Shown here: positions 26,434 through 39,143 of the stretch, one piece after another
Position numbering within the stretch: the first letter of the stretch is position 1
Layout: the number at the start of each line of letters is the position of its first letter
NCBI GenBank assembly: GCA_018715595.1
Contig: DVLI01000026.1
Coordinates: 870 to 64,869 of the forward strand
Source: Candidatus Caccoplasma merdavium
Lineage (GTDB): Bacteria > Bacteroidota > Bacteroidia > Bacteroidales > UBA11471
DNA: 64,000 nt
Direction: 5' to 3'
Made by a program: the position numbers and the translations under genes
Notes under the pieces: model-generated
Seen by the model: only the letters and a program-made list of their open reading frames with translations
What the model was told of the DNA's origin: nothing
Database searches by the model: none

Positions 26434-26817
26434 TTACTTTGTAAACTCGATGATTGTTCCATGAGCCGTTACGGTGCGCTTTACAAACAAGGGCGTAATG
26501 ATTTTGACATTTTCATTGACCGACACGTTGATGACAGCTTTTGAACCGCTCATCAACCCCGGATTTTTCTCGCGGGCCTCTTGCATCATTTTGTCGACGG
26601 CATTGTTTCTCAGTGCGCTGCGTCTCAATCCGCCAAAGCCCAAGACGTAGGTTTGAGAAACCTCTCCCGAGACGTTCCCTACAAATTTGAAGTTCGCTTC
26701 GTTCAGCACGACACTCGTTTGATTCTGATTCTGGTTGCTTGTCATGTTTCCATATACACCGCAACCCGGCAAGGCAAGCACTGCACACAGTGCTGCTCCT
26801 GTAATGATTTTTTTCAT
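26434..26817 (-). CDS. Hypothetical lipoprotein (127 aa)
   Basis: The start is set at MKKIITGAALCAVLALPGCGVYG, a lipobox (LPGC). The longer listed ORF (to 26943) adds an implausible AT-rich N-terminus. Confidence 0.6.
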   Translation of the reverse strand: MKKIITGAALCAVLALPGCGVYGNMTSNQNQNQTSVVLNEANFKFVGNVSGEVSQTYVLGFGGLRRSALRNNAVDKMMQEAREKNPGLMSGSKAVINVSVNENVKIITPLFVKRTVTAHGTIIEFTK

Positions 26818-26928
26818 ATTCCTTCGTTTTTGTGTTTGTATTGCAAAGATAAATATATACAAATAACACAAAGAATTAAATATTAAATTTTTGCAATAAT
26901 TAACATTGCGTGGGTGGCACAGTGGTGC

Positions 26929-26965
26929 AAAAAAAGCCTCCACGAATCAACGCGGAGGCTTTTTT
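26929..26965. terminator. Bidirectional terminator (serves ppdK on the minus strand)
   Basis: gcctccacg pairs with cgcggaggc, flanked by A7 on one side and T6 on the other. It lies 20 nt after the ppdK stop. Confidence 0.7.
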
Positions 26966-26985
26966 GATTGGTAGGAGAGCAGACC

Positions 26986-29697
<2,712 letters not shown>

Positions 29698-29863
29698 ATA
29701 AAAATAAGGTTGGTTTTATGTTTCGTAATAACAAATGAGCTATAAAAAATGATATATAAAAGTTCGTTTTTTTATTTTCGAAAAGACAAAAATATAAGGA
29801 ATATCGAGATGTGCAAAAAATAGTTTCGGCTATTTGTGAATAATGTTGTTTTTTGTCTGATAT

Positions 29864-31339
29864 ATGCGGATAATTGAAGAAATATCGCTACCTTTGAGCG
29901 AATTTGTTTTTATTCAAAATCTGTTTATTTTGGCTCGAAAAAAGAAAGAACTGCCTGTCTTTGAGCAGGTGGAGATAACCGATATAGCTGCCGAAGGAAA
30001 AGCGGTGGCGCGCGTCAACGATTTGGTGGTCTTTATTCCATACGGAGCCCCCGGAGATATTGTTGATTTGCAGATATTCAAGAAGAAACACAAGTATGCC
30101 GAGGGCCGCATCATTCACATGCACAAGAGTTCACCGTTGCGGGTAACCCCTTTTTGCGAGCATTTCGGCGTGTGTGGCGGTTGCAAATGGCAACACATTC
30201 CCTACGAATATCAATTACAGTATAAGCAGAAACAAGTTTTCGACAATCTTACACGCATCGGCAAAATACCCCTGCCCGAGTTCGACCCCATCAAAGGTTC
30301 GGCCCGCACGGAGTTTTACCGGAACAAGTTGGAGTTTACCTTTTCCAACAAATCGTGGTTGACGACCGAAGAGCTGGCCGCTGCCGATGAAGGCACCGAC
30401 CGCAATGCCTTGGGTTTTCATATCCCCGGCATGTTCGACAAGGTGCTCGACATCAAGAAATGCTGGTTGCAAGATGATATATCAAACCGCATACGTCTGG
30501 CTGTGAAGCAGTATGCACTCGACCACGCTTATCCGTTTTTCGATTTGCGGGAGCAGTCGGGACTCATGCGCAACATCATCGTGCGCACGGCGTCGACGGG
30601 CGAGATCATGGTCATTGTTGTCTTTTTTGAAGATGATGCCGAACGCATACGACCGCTCATGCAACACTTGGCCGATACTTTCCCGCAGATTACTTCGCTG
30701 CTTTACATCATCAATACCAAGGCCAACGATACCATCACCGACCGAGAGGTCATCACCTTCCGCGGGCGAGATTACATTCTCGAAGAGATGGACGGCCTCC
30801 GATTCAAGGTTGGGCCCAAATCATTCTATCAGACCAATTCGGCCCAGGCACATGAACTCTATAAGGTGGCGGCCGATTTTGCCGCCCTTACCGGAGAAGA
30901 ATTGGTCTATGACCTCTATACCGGTACCGGGACGATAGCCAATTTCGTGGCGCGCAAAGTGCGCAAAGTCATCGGCATCGAGTATGTGCCCGAAGCCATC
31001 GAAGATGCCAAGGCCAATGCGGCTTTCAACGGTCTCGACAATACGCTTTTCTATGCCGGTGACATGAAAGACTTGCTCACGCCTCAATTTATCGAAGAGC
31101 ACGGGCGCCCCGATGTCATCATTACCGACCCGCCCCGGGCCGGCATGCACGACGATGTGGTGAAGACAATTCTTTTTGCCGCTCCCCGTCGCATCGTGTA
31201 TGTGAGTTGCAACCCCGCTACGCAAGCCCGCGACCTGGCCTTGCTCGATGCCGATTATCGGGTGGCTCGCGTGCAGCCGGTCGACATGTTCCCGCACACG
31301 CACCATGTCGAGAATGTCGTGCTTTTGGAGCGAAAATAA
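29864..31339 (+). CDS. rlmD: 23S rRNA (uracil-C5)-methyltransferase RlmD/RumA family
   Basis: It has a TRAM domain (ITDIAAEGKAVARV), an Fe-S Cys cluster (CEHFGVCGGCKWQH), the SAM motif DLYTGTGTI and the catalytic Cys context VYVSCNPAT. The start is uncertain; the true N-terminus is probably near ...ARKKKELPVF. Confidence 0.85.
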   Translation: MRIIEEISLPLSEFVFIQNLFILARKKKELPVFEQVEITDIAAEGKAVARVNDLVVFIPYGAPGDIVDLQIFKKKHKYAEGRIIHMHKSSPLRVTPFCEHFGVCGGCKWQHIPYEYQLQYKQKQVFDNLTRIGKIPLPEFDPIKGSARTEFYRNKLEFTFSNKSWLTTEELAAADEGTDRNALGFHIPGMFDKVLDIKKCWLQDDISNRIRLAVKQYALDHAYPFFDLREQSGLMRNIIVRTASTGEIMVIVVFFEDDAERIRPLMQHLADTFPQITSLLYIINTKANDTITDREVITFRGRDYILEEMDGLRFKVGPKSFYQTNSAQAHELYKVAADFAALTGEELVYDLYTGTGTIANFVARKVRKVIGIEYVPEAIEDAKANAAFNGLDNTLFYAGDMKDLLTPQFIEEHGRPDVIITDPPRAGMHDDVVKTILFAAPRRIVYVSCNPATQARDLALLDADYRVARVQPVDMFPHTHHVENVVLLERK

Positions 31340-31346
31340 GAAAAGG

Positions 31347-31386
31347 AAAAGAGAGGTTTTTGCCGAGACCTCTCTTTTCTCTGTTT
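31347..31386 (+). terminator. Rho-independent terminator
   Basis: aaaagagaggt (31347..31357) pairs with acctctctttt (31368..31378). A T-rich tail follows. Confidence 0.7.
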
Positions 31387-31411
31387 TAGGAAATCAAAAA
31401 CAAGAAAGAAT

Positions 31412-32782
31412 ATGACCGAATTAATCAGAAAAAAACTCAACGACAGTCCCGTAGCACGCTGGACAGCCATGTTTATCGTTTCCTTTACCATGATGTGCGG
31501 CTATTTTATCACCGACGTGATGGCTTCACTCGAAGTGATGTGTACCGCACCTGTTGCCGAAGGCGGCTTGGGGTGGAGCAGTTCTGAATATGGATTCTTC
31601 TCCGGAGCCTACGGGTACATCAACGTCTTCCTGTTGATGCTCTTCTTCGGCGGTATCATTCTCGACCGTTGCGGCGTGCGCTTCACCGGCGTGATGAGTT
31701 CTTCGCTCATGTTGGGGGGAGCCTTGCTCAAATGGTATGCCCTCTCTACCGATTTTGGTGATGCGACCTTCCTGGGCTATCATCTGCAAGTCGTTTTGGC
31801 GGCCTTGGGATTTGCCATCTTCGGTATGGGCGCCGAGATTACGGGTATCACGGTGACCAAGGTGATTGTAAAATGGTTCCAAGGAAAAGAGATGGCTTTG
31901 GCCATGGGATTGCAGGTGGCGATGGCTCGCATCGGTACCGCGGTGGCTTTGGCATGCAGCCTGCCATTGGCAAAAGCCATGGGGCATGTTTCTTATCCGG
32001 TGCTCTTTGGTGCCATCTGTCTGTGTGTGGGATTGTTGGCCTACCTTGTATATTGCGTGATGGACAAAAAGCTCGACCGTTCGCTCGAAGCTGTCGACAG
32101 TGACCCCGAAGAACGTTTCCACCTCAGAGACCTGAAACTTATTTTTACCAACAAGGGTTTCTGGTTGATTACGTTGTTGTGCCTCATGTTCTATGCCGGG
32201 GTGTTCCCCTTCCTCAAATTTGCCACCAAACTCATGATTGCCAAATATCATGTAGGAGAAGAGATGGCGGGTCTTATTCCGGCCATGTTGCCGTTTGGTA
32301 CAATTCTGCTCACCCCGCTATTCGGTTCTCTCTACGACCGCATAGGCAAAGGTGTCACGCTCATGATTATCGGCTCGGTGATGCTGACGCTTGTGCACTT
32401 GTTGTTTGCCTCACCGTTTTTGCCCACCTGGTGGTTTGCCATTTTTGTAATGGTGATTTTGGGTATCGCCTTCTCGCTGGTACCTTCGGCCTTGTGGCCC
32501 AGTGTGCCGAAGATTATACCCATGAAGCAACTCGGTTCGGCTTATGCCACGATTTTCTACATTCAAAACATCGGTCTCTCCATGGTCCCGGTACTCATCG
32601 GTTGGGTCATCGAGACCTTTTCGACTCATACGGCTGCCGACGGGCAGGTATCTTATGATTATACCTTGCCCATGCTTATCTTTGCCTCATTCGGAATCAT
32701 TGCCATATTCCTCTCTTTGATGTTGAAAAAAGAAGATGCCCGTTCGCACTATGGTCTCGAAGAGTTGAAAGCAAAAAAATGA
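31412..32782 (+). CDS. MFS transporter (substrate unknown)
   Basis: 456 aa with about 12 hydrophobic segments in a 6+6 layout and a central charged loop (DKKLDRSLEAVDSDPEERFH). Confidence 0.75.
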   Translation: MTELIRKKLNDSPVARWTAMFIVSFTMMCGYFITDVMASLEVMCTAPVAEGGLGWSSSEYGFFSGAYGYINVFLLMLFFGGIILDRCGVRFTGVMSSSLMLGGALLKWYALSTDFGDATFLGYHLQVVLAALGFAIFGMGAEITGITVTKVIVKWFQGKEMALAMGLQVAMARIGTAVALACSLPLAKAMGHVSYPVLFGAICLCVGLLAYLVYCVMDKKLDRSLEAVDSDPEERFHLRDLKLIFTNKGFWLITLLCLMFYAGVFPFLKFATKLMIAKYHVGEEMAGLIPAMLPFGTILLTPLFGSLYDRIGKGVTLMIIGSVMLTLVHLLFASPFLPTWWFAIFVMVILGIAFSLVPSALWPSVPKIIPMKQLGSAYATIFYIQNIGLSMVPVLIGWVIETFSTHTAADGQVSYDYTLPMLIFASFGIIAIFLSLMLKKEDARSHYGLEELKAKK

Positions 32783-32861
32783 TTGAGTTCCAAATGTAAA
32801 TGACTCGGCGACGAAAAGCATTTTTATTATCTATGAATCCCTTTTGTAAGCAGACTGCATT

Positions 32862-34058
32862 ATGAAATTTTATCTCGTTCCCATGTTGATCGGGCTCTTG
32901 GTGATTATTGGTCCGGATATATGGATTTATTTCAAAATCCGTAAACGCATAGCTCATTCCTATTTGCGTTATGTATATTGGTTGCCGGCATTCTTTTTTG
33001 TGCTGTTTTTCTGTGCTATGCGCCTTTTTTCCAATGATGTGCCCGACTATAAGCTCATGTCGCGCATAACCTGGCTGTTGTGGCTGTTTGCCCTCATATA
33101 TATCCCCAAGACCCTGTTTACGATATTTGATATTGCAGGCAGGGCGTTTCGTCGAGTCAGTGCGAAGGTGGCACGTTGCATTTCCGGCGTAGGATTCGGA
33201 CTTGCTATTGTCATGTTCGTGCTGTTTATATATGGGGCGTTTATAGGTCGCACGCGGGTGCATGTCAAAGAGGTCGAGATGACCTTTGTGCGCCTGCCCG
33301 AGCAACTCGACGGTCTCAAAATTGTGCAAATTTCGGATTTGCATCTCGGTAATTGGGGCGATTATACCCGTGTCGTACGCAAGACCGCCGAGTTGATAGA
33401 TGGTTGTCGCCCCGATATATTGGTTCTCACCGGCGATTTTGTCAATAATTTCTCGGCCGAGATTACGCCGGAGATTATAGATATATTTACCTCGATTGCT
33501 CCGCCGAAGTATGGCTCTTATGCCATATTGGGCAACCATGACTATGGCGACTATTTTACATGGAAATCAGAAGAAGAAAAGTCTATCAATCTCGAACAGA
33601 CGAAGAGCCGGATTAGAACGTGCCGGTTTGATTTGCTGCTCAATGAGTCGCGAACGATTGCCGTGGGCGATACGTCGTTCCTGTTGGTGGGCGTTGAGAA
33701 TACCGGCAAACCGCCTTTCCATCAATATGGCGATTTGTCGCAAGCCCTTTCGGGTGCCGATACCACGCAGTTTACGGTACTCCTTTCTCATGATGCGTCG
33801 CATTGGCGGCAAGAGGTTCTCCATCATGATTTTATCGACCTTACCCTCTCAGGCCATACTCATGCTGCACAGTGCGGCATTTCCTGGGGCGGACTGCATT
33901 GGTCGCCTTCGTCTTGGATTTACGATGAGTGGGACGGCCTTTACCGTGAAGGAGAGCAGTTGCTGTATGTCAATCGTGGATTGGGGTATGTCGGCGTTCC
34001 CATGCGCATGGGCATGGAGCCCGAGGTTACTTGCATTACATTGCGGTGCGCTCGTTGA
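32862..34058 (+). CDS. Membrane-anchored metallophosphoesterase
   Basis: Several N-terminal TM helices precede the calcineurin-like motifs ISDLHLG, LTGDFVNN, LGNHDYG and LSGHTHAAQ. Confidence 0.82.
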   Translation: MKFYLVPMLIGLLVIIGPDIWIYFKIRKRIAHSYLRYVYWLPAFFFVLFFCAMRLFSNDVPDYKLMSRITWLLWLFALIYIPKTLFTIFDIAGRAFRRVSAKVARCISGVGFGLAIVMFVLFIYGAFIGRTRVHVKEVEMTFVRLPEQLDGLKIVQISDLHLGNWGDYTRVVRKTAELIDGCRPDILVLTGDFVNNFSAEITPEIIDIFTSIAPPKYGSYAILGNHDYGDYFTWKSEEEKSINLEQTKSRIRTCRFDLLLNESRTIAVGDTSFLLVGVENTGKPPFHQYGDLSQALSGADTTQFTVLLSHDASHWRQEVLHHDFIDLTLSGHTHAAQCGISWGGLHWSPSSWIYDEWDGLYREGEQLLYVNRGLGYVGVPMRMGMEPEVTCITLRCAR

Positions 34059-34077
34059 AGATTCTTCCCTATAACGG

Positions 34078-34113
34078 CCGTGGGGCAATCCTTTATCGAG
34101 GATTGCCCCACGG
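34078..34113. terminator. Perfect 15-bp palindrome between convergent genes
   Basis: ccgtggggcaatcct pairs with aggattgccccacgg around a 6-nt loop. The flanking U-tracts are weak. Confidence 0.5.
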
Positions 34114-34142
34114 TGCTTTATGCCGGTTTTGTAAGGCCGTAA

Positions 34143-34409
34143 TCAATTGCCCGCTGAGTCATTGCCATTCTCTTTTTCCTCTGCGGCTTTTTGGGCGAGG
34201 GCATTGTCGCGTTTTTTCATCTCTTCACGGAATTTCTCACGGCGTTTCAATACAAAACGCAGTAACACGATGACCACGATGTTGGCCGAGAGAATGCCGA
34301 AAAATTCGGCAGGTTTCCCCTCGAATTGATGCCAACCGAATATTGCCAGCACGAGTGTGTAGATAAGCAATAGAAGCGATATGAGGTTGTATTTTCTCAA
34401 TTTTTTCAT
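34143..34409 (-). CDS. Small membrane protein (88 aa), hypothetical
   Basis: Two predicted TM helices (LISLLLLIYTLVLAIFGW and FFGILSANIVVIVLLRFVL) are followed by a charged tail. Confidence 0.5.
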   Translation of the reverse strand: MKKLRKYNLISLLLLIYTLVLAIFGWHQFEGKPAEFFGILSANIVVIVLLRFVLKRREKFREEMKKRDNALAQKAAEEKENGNDSAGN

Positions 34410-34415
34410 GGCGTG

Positions 34416-35060
34416 CTATTTTTGGATAAAACGTTTCTCGCTGTTCCTTGTTTTCTTGATGGGCCATATTTCGCGATATTCGGCGGGCAGCTCTTCGCCT
34501 TTGAGCGCTTTGTAGATGTGCAGGCAGGCCCAGGCATCGGTGGCCGCGTATAGTTGTTGCGCGGTCGAGAGTTCCGGCGCTTCCCAGTTGGAGAGTTGTT
34601 GGTTCTTGGAAATCTTCTTCCCGAAAAGCAGGGCATAGATTTTTTGGAGACTCATCTCTTCGATGCCGAACGCCGTGGCATATTGTTGCAGTTCGAGGTA
34701 GTGGTGTGGTGTGAGGGGGGTGAGACGGCGCAATCCTGTGAAATCATCATTTAGTGACAATCCTATTTTCAGAATATCGGTCGATTCGAGAATCTGCCGT
34801 ATGCCGCAGACGTCTTTCATGCGGCATATCCTGAACAGGTAGCATACGTCCCATGTCGATATTTGCACCAAGGCGACACTGTGTATCACTCCTTTCTTGA
34901 ATGATGGACGCGTCTCGGTGTCGATGCCCACAACGCTCTCCTTTCTGAGGCTTTCCACGGCTGAAAAGGCTTCGTTTTCGGTATTGACGGTGACGATTTT
35001 TCCTGGAAATTTGATGATTTCCATGGCCGCCAGACTTTCTGTGCTGATTTGTGATGCCAT
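34416..35060 (-). CDS. 3'-5' exonuclease (DEDDy, RNase D/WRN-like domain)
   Basis: It has the DxE motif VGIDTETRP and the terminal YxxxD motif YAATDAWA. The start is trimmed to MASQISTES (35060), because the listed N-terminal extension overlaps the upstream gene and is low-complexity. Confidence 0.78.
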   Translation of the reverse strand: MASQISTESLAAMEIIKFPGKIVTVNTENEAFSAVESLRKESVVGIDTETRPSFKKGVIHSVALVQISTWDVCYLFRICRMKDVCGIRQILESTDILKIGLSLNDDFTGLRRLTPLTPHHYLELQQYATAFGIEEMSLQKIYALLFGKKISKNQQLSNWEAPELSTAQQLYAATDAWACLHIYKALKGEELPAEYREIWPIKKTRNSEKRFIQK

Positions 35061-35079
35061 GTCGGGGAACGTGTGTGAT

Positions 35080-35733
35080 TTATAACCAGCGGTCGGCATC
35101 TTCATCATCGTCCGACCATGCCGATTGTCTTTTTTGATAGAAGTTCTCGTTCTCGTCGTGATGATGGTCGTGCCCGTGATGATGGCCGCATTCACATTCA
35201 TATTCGTCGTCGAGGAGGTCCGACGTGTTGTAATAGATGCGGTGCAGGGCTGCCAGGGCATTCAACAGTTTCGACCCCCAATAACTGGCAAACTCTTCCC
35301 GGCACTCGGTGAGGGCGGCGCGCATCGTATCTTCGTTTTCGGTGCGATAAGCCGAGATGCAGTCTTTCACGGCCTGATACAGGTCGGCCATGTCTTCGGC
35401 GATGCTGGCACCCAGCGGCAGGTCGCTGTATTTCATGTCGTCGCTTTGCACCACGAGGTAGGCGTCGTTTTCTCCCATCAGGCGTTCGATGTCGCCTCGC
35501 AGGTAATCATATTCGTCTTCGGTGACAAAGTGTTCGGGGGCGTCGAGATAGTCTTCGTTTTCTTCGTCGATGGGAAGAAGCGTGGCTTTGAGATAGAGCA
35601 ACGGTAGCAGTTTGATGGCTGTCGATGCGAACTCTTCTTGCGTGAGTTGTTCCACGCGTTCGAGAAACGCGCAGAATTCGACGCCGACGGTCACGAACTC
35701 GACACTGTTTTTGGCGTATATGTATTTGTCCAT
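35080..35733 (-). CDS. DUF5063-like protein with acidic/His-rich C-terminal tail
   Basis: 217 aa. The N-terminus NSVEFVTVGVEFCAFLE...LLPLLYLKA resembles the Bacteroidales DUF5063 family (recalled from memory, not searched). The tail is ECECGHHHGHDHHHDENE. Confidence 0.6.
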   Translation of the reverse strand: MDKYIYAKNSVEFVTVGVEFCAFLERVEQLTQEEFASTAIKLLPLLYLKATLLPIDEENEDYLDAPEHFVTEDEYDYLRGDIERLMGENDAYLVVQSDDMKYSDLPLGASIAEDMADLYQAVKDCISAYRTENEDTMRAALTECREEFASYWGSKLLNALAALHRIYYNTSDLLDDEYECECGHHHGHDHHHDENENFYQKRQSAWSDDDEDADRWL

Positions 35734-35734
35734 G

Positions 35735-36325
35735 TTACTTCAAAATGTGTGTATATAATTTGTGTTCTTTGATGTATTTTTCGACGGGTTGGGGGAGGAG
35801 CCCTGCCGTTGATTGACCGTTGGCAATAAGAGCCCTTATTCCGGTCGATGAAATTTCCATCATGGGCGCCTGCGTGAGGTGCACCCGGCTCGGCAGGGTG
35901 GTGGCATCGACCTCATATCCGGGACGGGGATAGATGTATATGGGATAGTGGGCGATGATTTTTTCGGCCGACTTCCAGCGGTCGAAAATGGCCCAGTTGT
36001 CCGACCCGATGAGCAGCACGAAATCGACATCTGGATTTTGCCGGGTGAGTGCTTCCAAGGTGGTGATGGTGTATGAGGGGCGGGGCAGATGCATCTCGAT
36101 GTCGCAATAACGGAGTTTCGGGTTGTCGCCGATGGCCAGTTGCACCATGTGCGCTCTGGTGGCATCGTCGAGCAGTGCGTCGTGTGATTTCAGCGGATTT
36201 TGCGGAGATGCGATGAACCATATTTCATCAAGGTCTTCTTTTTCGAGCATATAACGGGCTATGGCGATGTGCCCGTTGTGTATGGGATTGAATGACCCCG
36301 AGAAGATGCCCACTTTTCTGCCCAT
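35735..36325 (-). CDS. nadD: Nicotinate-nucleotide adenylyltransferase
   Basis: It has GIFSGSFNPIHNGH (HxGH) and a C-terminal ISSTGIR motif. 196 aa. Confidence 0.9.
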   Translation of the reverse strand: MGRKVGIFSGSFNPIHNGHIAIARYMLEKEDLDEIWFIASPQNPLKSHDALLDDATRAHMVQLAIGDNPKLRYCDIEMHLPRPSYTITTLEALTRQNPDVDFVLLIGSDNWAIFDRWKSAEKIIAHYPIYIYPRPGYEVDATTLPSRVHLTQAPMMEISSTGIRALIANGQSTAGLLPQPVEKYIKEHKLYTHILK

Positions 36326-36337
36326 GATGACTTGTGC

Positions 36338-36907
36338 TTATTTACCCAGGAAATCCTGTATGATGTTCAATGCTTCGTTTTCGGCTGTTGTCAGGTCGTC
36401 GTTGATGATGACCCGGTCAAACTTTGATGCGAAACTCATCTCATATTCGGCTTTGGCCAGTCGGCTTTCGATGACTTCGGGCGCATCGGTGGCACGGCCC
36501 ACGAGGCGGCGACGCAACTCTTCGACGCTTGGCGGCTGGATAAATATCGACAACGCCCGTTCGCCGTAAAAACGTTTGATATTGACTCCGCCCACGACAT
36601 CGACATCGAAGATGACATTCTTTCCCAATGCCGTGAGTCGTTCGACTTCGCTTTTGAGGGTGCCATAGAATTTGTCGGTATAGACCTCCTCATATTCCAG
36701 GAAATCCCCGTTGGCGATGCGTCGGCGAAATTCGTCGGGTGTGAGGAAATAGTATTCGACTCCGTCTTTTTCGGTGCCGCGGGGGGCTCTCGATGTGGCC
36801 GAAATCGAGAAGGCAAGATTCAGCCCCTGTGTGAGCAGGTATTGAATGATGGTCGATTTGCCCGAGCCCGATGGGGCTGAGAATATGATAAGTTTTCCTG
36901 TTTGCAT
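36338..36907 (-). CDS. gmk: Guanylate kinase
   Basis: It has the P-loop SAPSGSGKST and the GMP-binding context TSRAPRGTEKDGVEYYF. Confidence 0.93.
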   Translation of the reverse strand: MQTGKLIIFSAPSGSGKSTIIQYLLTQGLNLAFSISATSRAPRGTEKDGVEYYFLTPDEFRRRIANGDFLEYEEVYTDKFYGTLKSEVERLTALGKNVIFDVDVVGGVNIKRFYGERALSIFIQPPSVEELRRRLVGRATDAPEVIESRLAKAEYEMSFASKFDRVIINDDLTTAENEALNIIQDFLGK

Positions 36908-36911
36908 GGCC

Positions 36912-37787
36912 TTACATGACGTTGAGGATTTGTTCCTTGATTTGTTCCAACTCGTCTTTCATGCGAACGACGATTTTTTGCAGTTCGGCATGGTTGGCTT
37001 TTGACCCCATCGTGTTTACTTCACGGCCTATCTCCTGGCTGATAAATCCCAACTTCTTGCCTTGGCCATATCGGCCTTCCATTGTTTCGATAAAGTAACG
37101 CAGGTGGTTGTCGAGGCGGTTTTTCTCTTCGTTGATGTCGAGTTTTTCGATGTAGAAAATCATCTCCTGCTCCATGCGGTTTTTGTCGTAGTCGAAGTTC
37201 TCGATTTTTTTGAGTGCTTCGATGATGCGGGCTTTGATTTTTTCGGTGCGTTCCTTTTCATAGGGCTCGACTTCGGCGAGCAGGCGGGCAATGTTGCCGA
37301 TTTTCTCGGTAAAGAGTTTTTGCAGCATAAGACCCTCTTGGGCTCTGAATTCGATGAGATGGGCAATGGCTTCATCGACTGCTTTTTTCACGGCCTGACT
37401 CTCTTCTTCCGAGACCTCGACCACGTCGCTTTTCAAGGCGTCGGGGAGTCGCAGCAGCGTTTGTAACCAGTCGGCCGGTTCGGGAATCTGCAACGATTGG
37501 GTGAGACTTTGAAGTTGAGTGTAATAGCTTTTGATAATGTCGACATTGAATCCGGCGTTGCTGTCGGCATTGTTTTTATTCTCGATTTGTATCGAGAAGT
37601 CGACTTTGCCGCGTTCGAGTTGTCGGGCTATTTCACTGCGAATGTCCATTTCCAACTCTTTGTATATTTGGGGAATGCGAGTGGAAAGGTCGAGTTGCTT
37701 GCTGTTGAGCGACTTGATTTCGACAGTGATTTTTCGGTGTGGAAGTTCGACAATGGCTTTGCCGAATCCGGTCATGGAATATATCAT
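36912..37787 (-). CDS. YicC-family stress-induced protein
   Basis: It starts MIYSMTGFG. The 291-aa coiled-coil body and the C-terminal EIGREVNTMGSKA motif are typical of YicC. Confidence 0.88.
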   Translation of the reverse strand: MIYSMTGFGKAIVELPHRKITVEIKSLNSKQLDLSTRIPQIYKELEMDIRSEIARQLERGKVDFSIQIENKNNADSNAGFNVDIIKSYYTQLQSLTQSLQIPEPADWLQTLLRLPDALKSDVVEVSEEESQAVKKAVDEAIAHLIEFRAQEGLMLQKLFTEKIGNIARLLAEVEPYEKERTEKIKARIIEALKKIENFDYDKNRMEQEMIFYIEKLDINEEKNRLDNHLRYFIETMEGRYGQGKKLGFISQEIGREVNTMGSKANHAELQKIVVRMKDELEQIKEQILNVM

Positions 37788-37883
37788 ATCAGTGAGATTA
37801 TTTCTGCAAATTTAATTCATATTCCGCGGATACACAAGCGGGCATGGGAAAACTCAGATTCCAATTCGGATTTACTTTTTGGC

Positions 37884-37921
37884 AAAACATCATCGGCCGG
37901 ATTCCCGGCCGATGATGTTTT
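37884..37921 (-). terminator. Perfect 17-bp hairpin after ilvA
   Basis: aaaacatcatcggccgg pairs with ccggccgatgatgtttt around a 4-nt loop. It lies 25 nt after the ilvA stop. Confidence 0.6.
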
Positions 37922-37946
37922 GAAAATGAGTGGATCTCCTTTCCTG

Positions 37947-39143
37947 TTATAAAATGACATGATAGCCCGATTTGATGAGTTCCTGCAAGATGTTGTCGAT
38001 GTGTTCCTGGTTGCGGGTTTCGAGCACGACTTGCAGGTAGCAGGCGTTGATGTCGGTCGCTTTCCCGGCACGGTCGTGATGTACCGAGATGACGTTGGCA
38101 CCCATGCGGGCGATGATGCTGGTCACGCCAACCAGTTGGCCGGGGCGGTCCATCAGTTCGACGGTTAATACATAAGAACGACCCGACTTCTGCAAGCCTC
38201 GGTTGATGACCCGGGAAAGAATCGTGACGTCGATGTTGCCACCAGAAACCAAACAGATTGTCTTTTTCCCGGCAATGGGGAGTTTCCCAAACATGGCGGC
38301 GGCCACCGAGACGGCACCGGCACCCTCGGAAACAAGTTTTTGTTGCTCGATGAGCGAGAGAATCGCCGTCGAAATTTCATCGTCCGATACCGTTACGATG
38401 TCGTCGACATAGTGGCTGCAAATGTCGAATGTGTGTGTGCCCGGCTCTTTCACGGCGATACCGTCGGCAATGGTGCGCACCGAGTCGAGGCGTTCGATTT
38501 TTTTGTGGTTCAGCGACTCCACCATGCTGGCTGCGCCGCTGGCCTGTACGCCGTAGACTTTTATGTTTGGATTCAGACTTTTGATGGCAAAGGCCACGCC
38601 CGAGATGAGTCCGCCGCCACCCACGGGCACGATGACGGCCTCGACATCGGAAAGTTGGTCGAGTAGCTCGATGCCGATGGTTCCTTGTCCGGCAATGACG
38701 TTCTCATCATCGAAGGGGTGAACGAATGTGTATCCTTTCTCCTCTTTCAGTTGCAGGGCTTTCTGGTAGGCATCGTCATACACACCGTCGACGAGGCACA
38801 CCTCGGCGCCGTATTTCTTGGTGGCTTCGACCTTGGAAATGGGGGCTCCCGAGGGGAGGCATATCAGCGATTTGATGCCGTTTTTGGTGGCACCCAAGGC
38901 AACTCCTTGCGCATGGTTGCCCGCCGAGCAGGCAATCACGCCTTTGGCTTTTTCCTCGTCGGAGAGTTGTGAAATTTTATAGTAGGCTCCTCGCACTTTG
39001 AACGAACCTGTGAGTTGCAGGTTTTCGGGTTTCAGAAATATCGGAGTGCCGGGAAGAATTTGGGGGGCGGCGATCAGATCGGTACGTCGCAAGACCTCTT
39101 TCAAGACAAAAGAGGCATGATAGATTTTGTCGAGCGTAAGCAT
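37947..39143 (-). CDS. ilvA: Threonine ammonia-lyase (threonine dehydratase) with C-terminal ACT-like domain
   Basis: It has the PLP-lysine motif TGSFKVRGA and the Gly loop PVGGGGLISG. 398 aa. Confidence 0.88.
   Translation of the reverse strand: MLTLDKIYHASFVLKEVLRRTDLIAAPQILPGTPIFLKPENLQLTGSFKVRGAYYKISQLSDEEKAKGVIACSAGNHAQGVALGATKNGIKSLICLPSGAPISKVEATKKYGAEVCLVDGVYDDAYQKALQLKEEKGYTFVHPFDDENVIAGQGTIGIELLDQLSDVEAVIVPVGGGGLISGVAFAIKSLNPNIKVYGVQASGAASMVESLNHKKIERLDSVRTIADGIAVKEPGTHTFDICSHYVDDIVTVSDDEISTAILSLIEQQKLVSEGAGAVSVAAAMFGKLPIAGKKTICLVSGGNIDVTILSRVINRGLQKSGRSYVLTVELMDRPGQLVGVTSIIARMGANVISVHHDRAGKATDINACYLQVVLETRNQEHIDNILQELIKSGYHVIL

Noticed and set aside
26818-26943. The longer start for the lipoprotein ORF (169 aa from 26943).
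   Set aside because: The extra 42 residues are encoded by AT-rich promoter-like sequence. The internal MKKIITGAALCAVLALPGC gives a canonical lipoprotein signal.
34416-35261. The N-terminal 67-aa extension of the exonuclease ORF (TTRRTSSTTNMNVNAAIITGTTIITTRTRT...).
   Set aside because: The extension is low-complexity and overlaps the 3' end of the upstream DUF5063-like gene in another frame. The internal ATG at 35060 gives a normal DEDDy domain start.
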